A stretch of DNA of 63,919 nt, counting the filler, from Globobulimina sp. (lineage: Eukaryota): assembly GCA_003354225.1 (NCBI GenBank). It is 44 parts of 44 records of this genome, joined end to end, with 100 filler letters (N's around TTAATTAATTAA, not from the genome) between each part and the next. Parts side by side here need not be neighbours in the genome. Positions count along the whole stretch, not along the records: positions 34,933 to 36,287 come from PIVH01018066.1; positions 36,388 to 37,742 come from PIVH01018067.1; positions 37,843 to 39,197 come from PIVH01018068.1; positions 39,298 to 40,652 come from PIVH01018069.1; positions 40,753 to 42,107 come from PIVH01018070.1; positions 42,208 to 43,562 come from PIVH01018071.1; positions 43,663 to 45,017 come from PIVH01018072.1; positions 45,118 to 46,471 come from PIVH01018073.1; 36 more parts are not named here. The stretch is one strand, 5' to 3'. Within the stretch, counting starts at the first letter, position 1, and every line of letters starts with the position of its first letter. Shown in pieces: positions 34,933-46,571 of this stretch. A program made the translations under genes and the position numbers. The notes beneath the pieces were generated by a model, which saw only the letters and a program-made list of their open reading frames with translations, was not told where the DNA came from and made no database searches.

Positions 34933-36127
34933 TTACAAAATTATACACTCACCTTATTTATCTTGGAATGCAATTGCAAAACTCAGGCTTTCAAAACTGG
35001 GCCACAAATTTGGGGTACAATACTTCATGTTACAATGTACAACCCTTCAAGGATTATCTTTACCCCCACTTCCAATATTCTACAAAAAATGTGTGGAGAA
35101 CTGGACATTGTTTGCTTCAAAAAGCCCAATTACAAACAAGCAAACAATATTGAAACAACCCATTTTTGGTAATTCCAACATTACATTCAAAAATGGTAAG
35201 GCTTTATTTTTTGACCATTGGACAAAATCAGGGCTTATCAAAATATCAGATATTTGGAATTCTGAAAGAAATGCCTTCATAACACCAGAAACCATAATAA
35301 ATAAATTGACGATTAAGCAAAATTGGATTATAGAATGGATGACCATCAAAAAGTATATACCAAAGATCTGGAAAGAAGTTCTCAATACAGATATGGTAAT
35401 TCCAGAACCACAGAATATGCTATTTACTGGTATAAGTATTGAATGTTATAATAATAATGTTCTTGTAAATGGAAATGAAATCCAATCAGTGAAAAAATTT
35501 AAGTCAAAAGATATATGTAACCATTTGAGCTATCCAAATCCCTATCCACAGGCAATGGCTAAATGGGACCAATACTTTGGAACTAACTTAAATTGGCCAT
35601 TAATTTTTCAGATAAACACAGATACCATAAAAAACCGTAAACACCTTGATTTAAACTGGAAAATTTTCCATAAGGCATTATTTACAGAAGACAGACTCAA
35701 AAAAATGGGTCGCTCAAATGGTATATGTAAAATATGTACTAAGGATAATGAGGATATTCCTCATTTATTCTATAACTGTAAGACAGTATTACCATTGTGG
35801 CAGGAGATCACAAACATCTTAAACAATGACATAGGAATCAATGTTGTTCTTAGTCTGGAAAATATACTATTTGGCCTTCCAGTAGGCTTAGACCTCCCAG
35901 TAAACCTGACTTATAACTTTTTAATATCCACAACAAAGTGGATAATTTGGAAACATAGAAACAATGTTGCCTATGGTAATAAACCAAGGCAGACAGTAAA
36001 TCAGCTAAGACATTATGTCTTATCTGATTGTAAATCTGAGCTAGATATAATTATGAAATCATCAAAAAGGGATAAGTTTGATAAACAGGTCATAGATAGC
36101 CTAACAAGAATCACAAACCAATGGTAA
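34933..36127 (+). mobile_element. Non-LTR retrotransposon (L1/Tx1-like) ORF2 C-terminal zf-RVT region with a TGTA-type 3' microsatellite
   Basis: WKIFHKALFT...CKIC....EDIPHLFYNC...W...KWIIWKHRN; simple repeat at about 36150-36200. Confidence 0.85.
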
Positions 36128-36387
36128 CTGTTTTGGCAGTTCTATCTAATTGTATGTATGTGTGTGTATGTATGTGTTTACGCATGTAGGTATGGATGGA
36201 TGGCTGCATGTAACTTATTTATGCATAACATTTTCAGATCTTTAAAATACACGGTGCTATAATTATATATTTATAATTCATTGTAAANNNNNNNNNNNNN
36301 NNNNNNNNNNNNNNNNNNNNNNNNNNNNNNNTTAATTAATTAANNNNNNNNNNNNNNNNNNNNNNNNNNNNNNNNNNNNNNNNNNNN

Positions 36388-37074
36388 TAAATTGAAATCC
36401 ATGAATCTGTCTTTATTGTACATTGCATTCATAAAACAATCATAGGAAAGATTTACTTGTTTGACTGCATTATGTATAATATATTGATTATATATAGATA
36501 AAATATCGAAATTTATCTGTTTTTCTTTCATATTATTATTAGTATTTGAATCTAATAACGCATCAATTTTGTTGTTTAAATTCAGCACACACAGTAAAAA
36601 GAATATATTTTCCTCATTGTATTGTTTGGTCATAAATGTGATTAACGAGGTCAATAATGGTGGATCATCATAAATAAATTGTAATGATGGACGCCATTTT
36701 GATTTAGGAGTGACGGGAGTTTCTGTAGCAATAAATTTTCTTTTCCATTTTGGTGTTTTTGAATTGAACAATTTTAGTGATATCCTGCGGTTCAGATTTG
36801 CGGTCGAAATCGAATTAAATAAAGTTTTAATAGTTTGATTGGCTGTTGATATTGTTGGGAGAGGTGCAAAGCGTGGTGATTTGGGGCTCATTATAACTGG
36901 TCTTGTTCCTCGTGCACTTGCTATTGGACACTCGACGTTGTTAGATCTAGATGGAAAATATGCAATTGATTGATTTAATATTGGTGAGATAGGCAGTTTT
37001 CTATCGACAATATCCATCTTGTTTTCGTTTTTTGCATTTTGGGTGGAAGACATTATTAAAAATGCAGTAGCCAA
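36388..37074 (-). CDS. RGS domain protein, partial
   Basis: FMTKQYNEENIFFL...IYNQYI....KQVNLS. Confidence 0.8.
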
Positions 37075-37421
37075 AAAATGATCTTCTTCTTCAAAACTCT
37101 AAGAAATCCGAGTAGTCCGATATTTCTTCAAAACACTAAGAAAATGATACTAAGATTACGTGTCAGAGTTCAAGAAAAAAATAGACAGTCTACGTTAAAA
37201 TTAATTATTAAATCACTGTGCAACAAAAATAAAAAAAAATAATTAAACTAACAAACCAAATAACTACTACTATAATGTACCATTACTACCACTTCTAAAT
37301 CTAAAAAACACGACTATGAAAAAAAAATTTAAAAGAAAAATAAAAAAATAATACGAGAAAAAAAACAAAAAAATTTAACATTCAATGAGGGAAAAAATAA
37401 CACATTTTCTTCAGTATTAAA

Positions 37422-37742
37422 TTATCGACACCTACGATCTGTACTACATGTTTCCGAACAACATTCACTATCTGATCCACAGGCATCCTCTGCAAAACGG
37501 CATGGCGTATTCGCCATAGATATAAATGTATTGACAGGTGGATCAGGTAAACAATCCGCGGCCTCCCATACACATCGCGTGCTTGGTACAGCTGAACATC
37601 CCGCTGCTGACGTTTCGCTCCAACAATAACCTCTCCATGGCTTAAAATTCAATATTCTGGTTCGACAACAATACGGCGACGGTCTTGCCACAGCTACCGG
37701 ATTCGTCGGTTGTTTTGTAGGCGGATTCAAAACCACCACAGG
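37422..37742 (-). CDS. C-terminus of a Pro/Thr-linker, Cys-rich secreted-type protein
   Basis: PTKQPTNP linker followed by Cys modules ending CGSDSECCSETC....CR. Confidence 0.6.
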   Translation of the reverse strand, partial: PVVVLNPPTKQPTNPVAVARPSPYCCRTRILNFKPWRGYCWSETSAAGCSAVPSTRCVWEAADCLPDPPVNTFISMANTPCRFAEDACGSDSECCSETCSTDRRCR

Positions 37743-38019
37743 NNNNNNNNNNNNNNNNNNNNNNNNNNNNNNNNNNNNNNNNNNNNTTAATTAATTAANN
37801 NNNNNNNNNNNNNNNNNNNNNNNNNNNNNNNNNNNNNNNNNNAAAACACTTTGTATATGATCATGGCGACCAAGACCGGAAACAGTTTTTTGTTTTTTCG
37901 GTTTTTACATGTTCCATAAAAACATATTGATGACAAAGAGATGATATTGATGGTACAAACTATTTGGATATTTAATTTTTAACCCAAATCGTTTACACCA
38001 TCATATTTGATATGTTTTT

Positions 38020-38886
38020 GTGGAACAACTCCTGCCATCTCCACCAACAGCAACACCATACGAACAACCGGAAGAAACTGACGAATATAGAATTGTGATC
38101 AATGCAGAAGATGTCAATAAATTAGATGCTGATGAAGTTACCACTATTGTGACAGATACAATATCTACAGATGGTATTCGAATTCATGCGGTTTCTACGC
38201 AAACTCTTCATGGCTCCATTATTATAGTTGTCAGTGTGTCCCCTGATATTGATATAAATGAAAAAGAGATGGAAGATGAGTTGGAGCAGCAGTTGGAAAA
38301 TAAATATGATCAAGATTTGAGTGTATCGGTTGAATCTGTGGATGCTTTAGAAAACAATGAGAAACGAAAAGATTTGTTGTCGTTGTTATTTACAAATAAA
38401 ATGTTATTAATGATGACCATATTAATTATAGCATTAATTGTAATAATTGTTTGTTGTATATTGGTAGCTATTTATTTAATTATAAATAGCAAAACTGTTA
38501 CAAAAACAGAAGAGAAAATTAAAAGATTGGATTCGGAAAAAAAAATAAACGCTGCTAAGGTTGAAATGCATGCACTTGAAAAAGTAAAAAGTACGTCGTT
38601 GACAGGGAATAGCCCCATTAGCGCACGTACGAATAATCAATCCATTGTAACACCATATTTACCAAACTTACATATTGGGGAAAATGAAAAAGGCGAAGGG
38701 GAGGCACCGGATATTGAGGAAATGTATGCTAAAGTAGTAAAAGCCCAAACTTTAGGGAATAGGAATGATGAAGCAAATGGAAGTTATGGTAAGCATAGGA
38801 TTATGGATCAAGAGGACAGCGATGATGATATATATGCTCCAGCTTTTAATGTTGTAGTCACAGCAACACAATCGGTAAATGTTTAG
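38020..38886 (+). CDS. Single-pass type I membrane protein C-terminus
   Basis: Acidic ectodomain, one long TM segment and a cytoplasmic tail. Confidence 0.6.
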   Translation: MEQLLPSPPTATPYEQPEETDEYRIVINAEDVNKLDADEVTTIVTDTISTDGIRIHAVSTQTLHGSIIIVVSVSPDIDINEKEMEDELEQQLENKYDQDLSVSVESVDALENNEKRKDLLSLLFTNKMLLMMTILIIALIVIIVCCILVAIYLIINSKTVTKTEEKIKRLDSEKKINAAKVEMHALEKVKSTSLTGNSPISARTNNQSIVTPYLPNLHIGENEKGEGEAPDIEEMYAKVVKAQTLGNRNDEANGSYGKHRIMDQEDSDDDIYAPAFNVVVTATQSVNV

Positions 38887-39624
38887 ATTGAATCATGATA
38901 AATATCATATAAATGTGAAATACTTACATTTGTAAATTCCTATCATTCAATGTATCAAAAAAAACATTGTTAATTTTCTCGTGTATACATATCGATCAAT
39001 ATAAAGTTTGGGCGTGTCAACACAAATTTGTGTTAACACGGGCATTTGACTTTTTAGGTTCACACTAAAGTTTTGAAGAATCAAGCTTAAAGTAAGTTTT
39101 TTTGTTTCATTACATAAATGCACAGTTCATGGCACACACTCCGTTAAACGCAAAAAGCATTGTGCTAATGTGGATCAATTATTGTGTAGTATTGTTANNN
39201 NNNNNNNNNNNNNNNNNNNNNNNNNNNNNNNNNNNNNNNNNTTAATTAATTAANNNNNNNNNNNNNNNNNNNNNNNNNNNNNNNNNNNNNNNNNNNNGAA
39301 ATGTTTGAGAAATCGCAAACAAAAACGAGTCATGGAAAGTTAATCATTAATATAAAAAAGTATGACCAGAATAAAACTATCAAAGAGTTGGGACTTAACC
39401 AAAATGATGAAAATGACTCAGACAATGAAAGTGTGGATGAATTTGGGTGTTTCTATGAGAATGCGGAAAATAAGAAATTTGGGTGTTTCTAAATATTCTT
39501 TTTTATATGTTATCTATGTACACAAAAATGTAAATTCGTTCTAGCGCAATAATAATACCTACGTTTTCAAAAAACATTAGTTACTACAAACTCTTCAAAA
39601 TAATCACATCAGACCAGCTTATAA

Positions 39625-40548
39625 ATGGGAACTCTCGTGTCCTGCGAATGCTGTTTTAAATGGGATGATCTAAAGCCAACATTTACATTATCCAATGAAG
39701 GTCGAGCAGCCAATGTCCAACAAACAATTAGGCAAAAATCTAAAAACGAAATGGACAATTATGCAAAAAACGAAAAATCTAAAAAAGTCTGGGCCTTAGA
39801 TTCAAAAACCATGGAATTAGTGATGGACATAGATTTCAATCATGATGCCTCGGACATTATATACCACTCAGATACAGATCCTACAATTTATACAAATACA
39901 GACGAAATGCGTACAGATTCAGAGGAAGTACACTTTGATCCGGATCCATTAACTGAGCATTTGCGCAAAGCGTTGGGCGGATTAAATTATGATTTTAAGA
40001 CTGAAGAAATTGAAATAAAACGTATTTCAAAGGATTTGAGCTGTTCGAATTCTCGTCTTCAAATAATGTCAATGCAAAGAATACAGTCTCGAGATGCTTT
40101 TGTGGATATTATAGCGGACACATATATGGTCAGTGATGAACCCGAAGAGATCGATGTATATTCGAGTTCCTATGAAGAGCCCGAAATATTAAAAGAAATT
40201 GAGAGAATGAAGTCGAACCAGAGCACGATGTCAGTAATAGAAAGGGAGACAATTAAAGGGGAATTATTTCGGCCGGATACTGTTCGCCAATGGAATAAAG
40301 ATGAGATGCACGTACATATGGATGAGATGATGAAAGAAATGGATGCGATGAAGGAGCAACATTCAGTTGGGAGTGGTGTTGACGTAGTGAATGAAGGTGT
40401 GGATGATGGGGGATACAAACCATCGTTGTTTCGAGATAAATCAGACTATAAATGGGATGAAAAACGGTTAGTGGAACAGAATAAACACATGCAAGCACAT
40501 TTGGTGCATTTGATGCAGACTTCTGTTGATGATCCGGTGCAGAAATGA
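39625..40548 (+). CDS. Hypothetical acidic protein with a possible N-terminal acylation motif (MGTLVSCECC)
   Basis: Complete 307-aa ORF. Confidence 0.6.
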   Translation: MGTLVSCECCFKWDDLKPTFTLSNEGRAANVQQTIRQKSKNEMDNYAKNEKSKKVWALDSKTMELVMDIDFNHDASDIIYHSDTDPTIYTNTDEMRTDSEEVHFDPDPLTEHLRKALGGLNYDFKTEEIEIKRISKDLSCSNSRLQIMSMQRIQSRDAFVDIIADTYMVSDEPEEIDVYSSSYEEPEILKEIERMKSNQSTMSVIERETIKGELFRPDTVRQWNKDEMHVHMDEMMKEMDAMKEQHSVGSGVDVVNEGVDDGGYKPSLFRDKSDYKWDEKRLVEQNKHMQAHLVHLMQTSVDDPVQK

Positions 40549-40752
40549 TATCATATATTAACGGTTTGATGTTAAATTGTTTTTTTGTTTAATTATCAAA
40601 ATTTCAAACAATGTAATATATTATATATATATTAATTACTATACTTTTTGTGNNNNNNNNNNNNNNNNNNNNNNNNNNNNNNNNNNNNNNNNNNNNTTAA
40701 TTAATTAANNNNNNNNNNNNNNNNNNNNNNNNNNNNNNNNNNNNNNNNNNNN

Positions 40753-41814
40753 TTGTGTCTGTTTCTTAATAATTTGTATCATATACAAACCTGTCATTTG
40801 TTGAACAGACGTATATGTAAACAACTACTTACTTTAAAATGCTTTGTTTTTGTGTTTATAGCGTATAGAAACAGGGACAGACTGTATGGATTTAAGAAAA
40901 GTCAACCTTTGACTTATTATCTTGAGGGCGTGGTCGCAATCGGTATGATAATGATATGTTTAACGGCATTTATATTGGACGACAATTTAGACAATGGACA
41001 GATTGACAAAACCTATATCATTGTCCGTGGTGTCGGCATGCTGTTATTTGATTTGATCGAATTAGTGATGCTTATCCCCATTCGCACCATTGCCATTTCA
41101 CCAAAATTCAAAAAACATTTTCAAAAAAAAGGCAGGAAAAAATATTTACGCACTTTCCGATGGATTTGTTTTGTAAATATCTGTAACATTACATATTCGA
41201 CAATATTTATTTGCGACCAATTTCAGAATGTATTGACGGATTATAATATATTATCGACTTCGAGCATGCGAAGTGCATTCACATTCAGTTTTGGCTCCAT
41301 ATATTTTAGCATTTGGGGCCTATCGCAGTTATTGCCATGGATAATACCGTCAGATTTCGAGTCGTCCACATTGTATACCTACAATCCAGGAATTGAGCAA
41401 CATTCCGAGATATCATATATGACTCAATACCATCAAGTGGATAAATCGCGACTTGGTGTTGGCATAAATGGGATAAATAGCAATTGCATATCGCCGCCGC
41501 CAAGTAATTTGTTGAGTGATTTGGATTCTTCGTTGAAATATAAATTGAATCGAAGGCATTGTGCGCAAGAGAGGGAAAAGGGGGATTTGTCCTCATTGAA
41601 AATTATTGAATCACCCACATCAAATACAAAAAAAACAAGTAGAAAGAGGCCAAAGTTAAAAGAAAGAAAAATCAATATTAGTTTTGATGAAAATGAAGAT
41701 GGCGGAAGTAATTGTTTTGGGATTGAAAAATATGAGGATGTTATTAAAATGTTCCAAGCGGCGGAGGCTGAGAATAATAAGCATGAGAATGATAATAATA
41801 ATAATCAACAATAA
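40753..41814 (+). CDS. Multi-pass membrane protein, C-terminal part
   Basis: About four TM helices and a long hydrophilic tail. Confidence 0.55.
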   Translation: MCLFLNNLYHIQTCHLLNRRICKQLLTLKCFVFVFIAYRNRDRLYGFKKSQPLTYYLEGVVAIGMIMICLTAFILDDNLDNGQIDKTYIIVRGVGMLLFDLIELVMLIPIRTIAISPKFKKHFQKKGRKKYLRTFRWICFVNICNITYSTIFICDQFQNVLTDYNILSTSSMRSAFTFSFGSIYFSIWGLSQLLPWIIPSDFESSTLYTYNPGIEQHSEISYMTQYHQVDKSRLGVGINGINSNCISPPPSNLLSDLDSSLKYKLNRRHCAQEREKGDLSSLKIIESPTSNTKKTSRKRPKLKERKINISFDENEDGGSNCFGIEKYEDVIKMFQAAEAENNKHENDNNNNQQ

Positions 41815-42207
41815 TCACACTTAAAAAAAATAAATAATTATGTCTTTAAAATTGTAATTATGTCAAAATAATTAAATTAATTTATAATATTTTCATCAGA
41901 AACATCAGATATTTTTCGAAGTAAAAATCTCAATCATTAAATGATGCGTAGCACCAAAACAATTTTGGAATGGATCGATATGAAAAGAATACTTTAGAAT
42001 AGGACCTGTTTGAAACACATTGTTTTTAAAATCCGCAAATTCGCAAGTCGTTTTGTTAGGAGATGGTGATGACCTCTCCATAGGTTTTAAAATTTTTCTA
42101 AAACGCANNNNNNNNNNNNNNNNNNNNNNNNNNNNNNNNNNNNNNNNNNNNTTAATTAATTAANNNNNNNNNNNNNNNNNNNNNNNNNNNNNNNNNNNNN
42201 NNNNNNN

Positions 42208-43360
42208 TCATATTCATAATCGTCATCATAGTCATCATCGTCATATTCAACATCTACTAATTGATTACTGATGCTCTTGTTATAATTACTTAAGCTTTCA
42301 CCGCTATCAATATCCCCGCCATCCGCAGGAATAATACCTCCCGGATCCGGACTCAGAGTGGGTGTAATCCGTCGACTATTTCGTCTGTTTTTGCCCATTT
42401 TTCTAATACAACACATTTTGCATCGATGATCACATTTTGAGCACATAAAAGTATAAACATGGTGGAAACACTGATAAGACACCAAAATGCATAGATAGTT
42501 TGTATATACATCGGCCAATGTAAAAAATGCTAAAGTACAATATCCCAACTCATGGATGGTTTGGTTGTGAGTCATAGATATAGCATAATAGCCAAATAAT
42601 AAACTGATTGGCGTACAGACAGTCATTGACAATGAAACCACCGCCAATATCGTTGATTTAGTGATGTAAGATAATAATTTGTTGTTTTCCATTGTATCGT
42701 TATACGTACTCTCGTCGACATCCATTGTTTTGAAGACTTGAACCAATTTATACTGTTTATATTAACGGAATTAATATATTTTAATTATTAATAGTCATTT
42801 TGCATAATACATACCACAAACGTAAATAGCAAGAAACAGGAAAACGAAATAATGAAAACAAACGGCGCGGATAACAGCATAGTGTTATATCGACCGTTAT
42901 GATTAAACCACATTATTATCAAATAAAAAGGCGCCGCGCACGGCACGCAGACAAAGATAGATCCACATATTTTAACCATACGCTTTGACAAACTGTATTC
43001 TGATCCATCGAACACATATTTTAATCTGAAAAATAATACCAACCAAAGCAAATAGGTTTGTAAACCATAAAAAATAATAAAATAAACCCATTCTGTAATA
43101 TCCAAATGGTCAATTTCGCCATGAAAACAGATATCCATTGCATTTCGAAACTGAATCAACATTATAATCAATGAAGATACAAAAAACACAAAACCGGAAT
43201 AAGTTAGCATTTTGGGTGTAGTTGACTGAATATCTGCTTTGTAATCTTTACAAAATTTATACAATGTATAAATTGTTGATGCGTATAACACTAAATTAAT
43301 GAGTGTGTATACAAAGGTAAATATGGCTGTTGGAATAGAACAAGACATGTCAGACGTCAT
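42208..43360 (-). CDS. 7TM GPCR-like protein (intron 42753-42814)
   Basis: The two ORFs join in frame across GTATGT...ACAG; seven hydrophobic segments; LFFRLKYVF motif. Confidence 0.7.
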
Positions 43361-43409
43361 GCTCCGTTATTGCTTATATTTAAAAACTGTAGAGCACTCA
43401 GTTTCTCAT

Positions 43410-43562
43410 TCCGAAAATACGGAGTGTAGTTTTAAGCAAAGAGGCAGAAATATAAATGTAACGACACAAACATAAACATCCGAAAATACGGATTGTAATT
43501 TTTACAAACAGGAACACGCAAAAAATATAATAGCACAGACACAAACAATCCGAAAATACGGA
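43410..43562. repeat. Degenerate 69-70-bp tandem repeat with an invariant TCCGAAAATACGGA core (x3)
   Basis: Cores at 43410, 43479 and 43549. Confidence 0.85.
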
Positions 43563-43662
43563 NNNNNNNNNNNNNNNNNNNNNNNNNNNNNNNNNNNNNN
43601 NNNNNNTTAATTAATTAANNNNNNNNNNNNNNNNNNNNNNNNNNNNNNNNNNNNNNNNNNNN

Positions 43663-43806
43663 ATCTTCTTGTATTTTAATGTTATATATATAAAATTGAC
43701 TAGTTTTACTTTCAATAGTAAAATCTTGTCCAGAATCATTTTCAGTATTTATTATATATTCATTCTTCTTATTCAAAAAATCTTCTGGTATATCATTGTT
43801 TCTCAT
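43663..43806 (-). CDS. Bacterial-type hypothetical protein N-terminus
   Basis: GAGG ribosome-binding site just upstream of the ATG; open to the contig end. Confidence 0.45.
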
Positions 43807-43835
43807 TTTAACCTCTTTAAATTAACTAGACACTG

Positions 43836-44273
43836 TTAGCTAATTATTTTCATTAAAATATTTTTAATAGCAGCAAGAAAAATAAAGTTTAGAAAAATAA
43901 TATCGCTTTTATCGAATCGCATTGCTAATCGTCTGTTTTCTTTAAGTTTTCCAAAGAAGCATTCGATTTTTGACCGCAATTTATAAAGCTCTTTATCATA
44001 AAAAATTGTCTGTTTTCTGTTTCTGCGACCTGGAATTACTGGTATATTATTTTGACTCATTAAAACATTTCTAAATTTATCAGAATCATAACCACGATCA
44101 CCTAAAACAAAACATCCAAAAACATCTTCAAACAGATTCTCAGAAACGGTTATGTCATGATCGTTTCCTCCGCTTAACATCCCTTCAACAACATGACCAT
44201 CAGCCGTCATAACCAAGTTAAATTTTGTAGTTATACCTGCTGGATTTTTCCCTTTTGTTTGCTGCCCCCTTTT
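43836..44273 (-). CDS. IS5 transposase OrfB (DDE), reached by a -1 frameshift at AAAAGGGGG (44265-44273)
   Basis: GDRGYDS and YKLRSKIECFFGKLKENRRLAMRFDK; the -1 frame reads GQQTKGKNPAGITTKFNL. Confidence 0.88.
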   Translation of the reverse strand, partial: KRGQQTKGKNPAGITTKFNLVMTADGHVVEGMLSGGNDHDITVSENLFEDVFGCFVLGDRGYDSDKFRNVLMSQNNIPVIPGRRNRKQTIFYDKELYKLRSKIECFFGKLKENRRLAMRFDKSDIIFLNFIFLAAIKNILMKIIS

Positions 44274-44611
44274 AAGCCACCTCCGTGACGGTGAACCTTA
44301 AATGTTGTGGAATCAATCATGACAACATTCATTTTTAATCGTTTTTTCTGTTGTAAAATCAATAAGATAGACCACCAGACACCTCGCTTACTTCCTTTGC
44401 TAAAACGCAAATAAACGCTGTGCCAATAACCGTAACATTTTGGCAAATCCCTCCATGGAACACCAGTTCTAAGAACATAAAGCATTGCACAAAATACTTG
44501 ATAATCTGAAATCTTTTGTGGTCGACCCGCTTTAGAATAATGCTTTCTTATCAATGGCTTAATGTTAGAATTAAATGCTTGCTTGCTGATAGGATAAAGG
44601 CGTGAGTCCAT
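44231..44611 (-). CDS. IS5 transposase OrfA (DUF4096-like)
   Basis: YVLRTGVPWRDLP..YG.W..VY.RF and MIDST. Confidence 0.9.
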   Translation of the reverse strand: MDSRLYPISKQAFNSNIKPLIRKHYSKAGRPQKISDYQVFCAMLYVLRTGVPWRDLPKCYGYWHSVYLRFSKGSKRGVWWSILLILQQKKRLKMNVVMIDSTTFKVHRHGGGLKGGSKQKGKIQQV

Positions 44612-44679
44612 GATAATTCTCCTTAAAATGTTAATAATAAGGAAAGAATAACATAAAAATAATTAGCTAACAATGCCTA

Positions 44680-44920
44680 GTACAGTAAATATTGATAATC
44701 TTGAATTTAATGTTGATGGTTATGTCTCTGCTGGAATTTATGCTTATGATAACAATACTGTAAACTCTACAGGACTTAAACTTAATATTTATGATTTAAG
44801 CACAGGAATCGAAGCTGGGAATAATACAACGGTGAATTTAGCAAATACTGAAATTAACTCTGGTTATTTTATAGGTTATGGAGTCAGTGCTTGGGATGTT
44901 GGATCTGTTATTAATTCAAC
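44680..44920 (+). pseudogene. Fragment of an autotransporter/adhesin beta-helix passenger-like gene truncated by the IS
   Basis: STVNIDNLEFNVDGYVSAGIYA...GIEA...TVNLANTEI...GYGVSA repeats. Confidence 0.45.
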
Positions 44921-44994
44921 TTTTTCTTTATCATCAAGTTGTCCATCATCACTGATTCTTTTATAAATAGAAGTAATTGGCAATAAACTTATTA

Positions 44995-45017
44995 GGCATT
45001 GTTAGCTAATTATTTTT
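44995..45017 (+). mobile_element. End of a second, oppositely oriented copy of the same IS
   Basis: TA followed by GGCATTGTTAGCTAATTATTTT, the exact reverse complement of 44656-44677, with a different outer flank. Confidence 0.8.
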
Positions 45018-45117
45018 NNNNNNNNNNNNNNNNNNNNNNNNNNNNNNNNNNNNNNNNNNNNTTAATTAATTAANNNNNNNNNNNNNNNNNNNNNNNNNNN
45101 NNNNNNNNNNNNNNNNN

Positions 45118-45903
45118 ACGAATTTCACTGATAGCACCAACAATATTATCTTTTAAACACCCGCAGAGAGCCAATTTCATTCCAATATCAATGTCGGTGT
45201 CGTTATGTATTTGCAATGCAGGCATATAAATTCCCGGTGTATCTAAAACATGAATTAACGGATATTGACAGATTTTGAATGCTGAAATGTGTCTGGTAAC
45301 ACCTGGTATTTTACCAACCGCTGCGGAGCCACGAATTCTATGCAATGTTCGTAGTGAATTTATTAAAGTCGATTTACCGACATTTGGAAATCCTAAAATT
45401 GCCACCATTAAAGGTAAGGACCTCCATTTTGCTTCATTCACTGACATTAATTTTAAAACATTACATATTCGTTTACTTGAATGTATACCGCGTGAATCGC
45501 CTAAAATTGCACCAATTCTGTGATTATGATCAAAATCGCCATCCAAGTCATCATTGGTATACAATCGGTAATTATCGGTGATGTATGATAATAATTTTTT
45601 TTTTTGCGGCGTCGTTAATAAATCTGATTTGTTAAATATAATCAATCTTTTTTTATTTTTGATCAATGGTTCAATGTGATGATTAATGGAAGAAATCGGA
45701 ATTCGCGAGTCACGTATTTCTAATATTATTTGTGCTCGCGGCAAGAAATCTGTTTCTAACATTCGTTGGGCTTTTACCATATGCCCGGGATACCAGTTGA
45801 TAGTTCTTGGGTAGTTGTAATGTGTTGAATTATGCTTCACTTTATCTACTGCAATTTTTATTGTTTTGTCTTTTGTTTTGCGTAAAGAATTTAACAACGA
45901 CAT
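45118..45903 (-). CDS. MTG1: RbgA/MTG1 circularly permuted GTPase, partial
   Basis: WYPGHM, EIRDSRIP, NKSD, GFPNVGKS, PGVT and DTPG. Confidence 0.9.
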
Positions 45904-45948
45904 GGTTGAGCGAAAAGATTTATTTATAATAAAAAAAAGTGAAGACTT

Positions 45949-46471
45949 TTGGTCAATTTAAATGTCGTCTTCCGTTTGGAACAATCTCATTGTTTCTCAA
46001 ACAGGTTACATATATCCACAGTTAATCAATATTGGCGACTCACTGTGGTATTCAACAAATGTATTGAACAACTGCATTCAAACAGAAATGATAAAATTAA
46101 ACAAATTGTAAAATATCCACAAAATATTAAACCAGGTTACCATTCAATATGTAAACACAATAATAATATATATATATTTACTTTTTTTATTGATGGTGAT
46201 AATGGAGAAATTATTTTATTTAATCCATCAACCAAACAATTTAAACAAATACTAAAAACGCCAAAAACGTATGGATTTCAAGCATGTTGTTTAGCACTGC
46301 ATGATGATATTTATATATTTGATGTTGCCAGAAATTGTTCATATTTCAGATATTCAATAAAAGAGAATAAAATTAACACATTCAATCATTTCAATGATAA
46401 AATTAATATTACAAAATCAAAGATGAATGATGTCTCTATATTAAAGTATAAAGATACAATCATTAGATTTG
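45949..46471 (+). CDS. Kelch-like beta-propeller fragment
   Basis: YPQNIKP..HSIC....IYIF...DG pattern. Confidence 0.5.
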
Positions 46472-46571
46472 NNNNNNNNNNNNNNNNNNNNNNNNNNNNN
46501 NNNNNNNNNNNNNNNTTAATTAATTAANNNNNNNNNNNNNNNNNNNNNNNNNNNNNNNNNNNNNNNNNNNN

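Larger units (their letters stand above)
43829..44677 (-). mobile_element. Complete IS5-family (IS427-group-like) insertion sequence, 849 bp
   Basis: 22-bp terminal IRs (43829-43850 and 44656-44677, 20/22 match), flanking TA duplications, and two ORFs. Confidence 0.92.

Noticed and set aside
39013-39040. Near-perfect 28-bp palindrome CGTGTCAACACAAATTTGTGTTAACACG
   Set aside because: Isolated occurrence in a 3' region with nothing else to support a function.
43410-43562. CRISPR array
   Set aside because: The core is only 14 bp, the intervals are related to each other, there is no cas gene and the context is eukaryotic.
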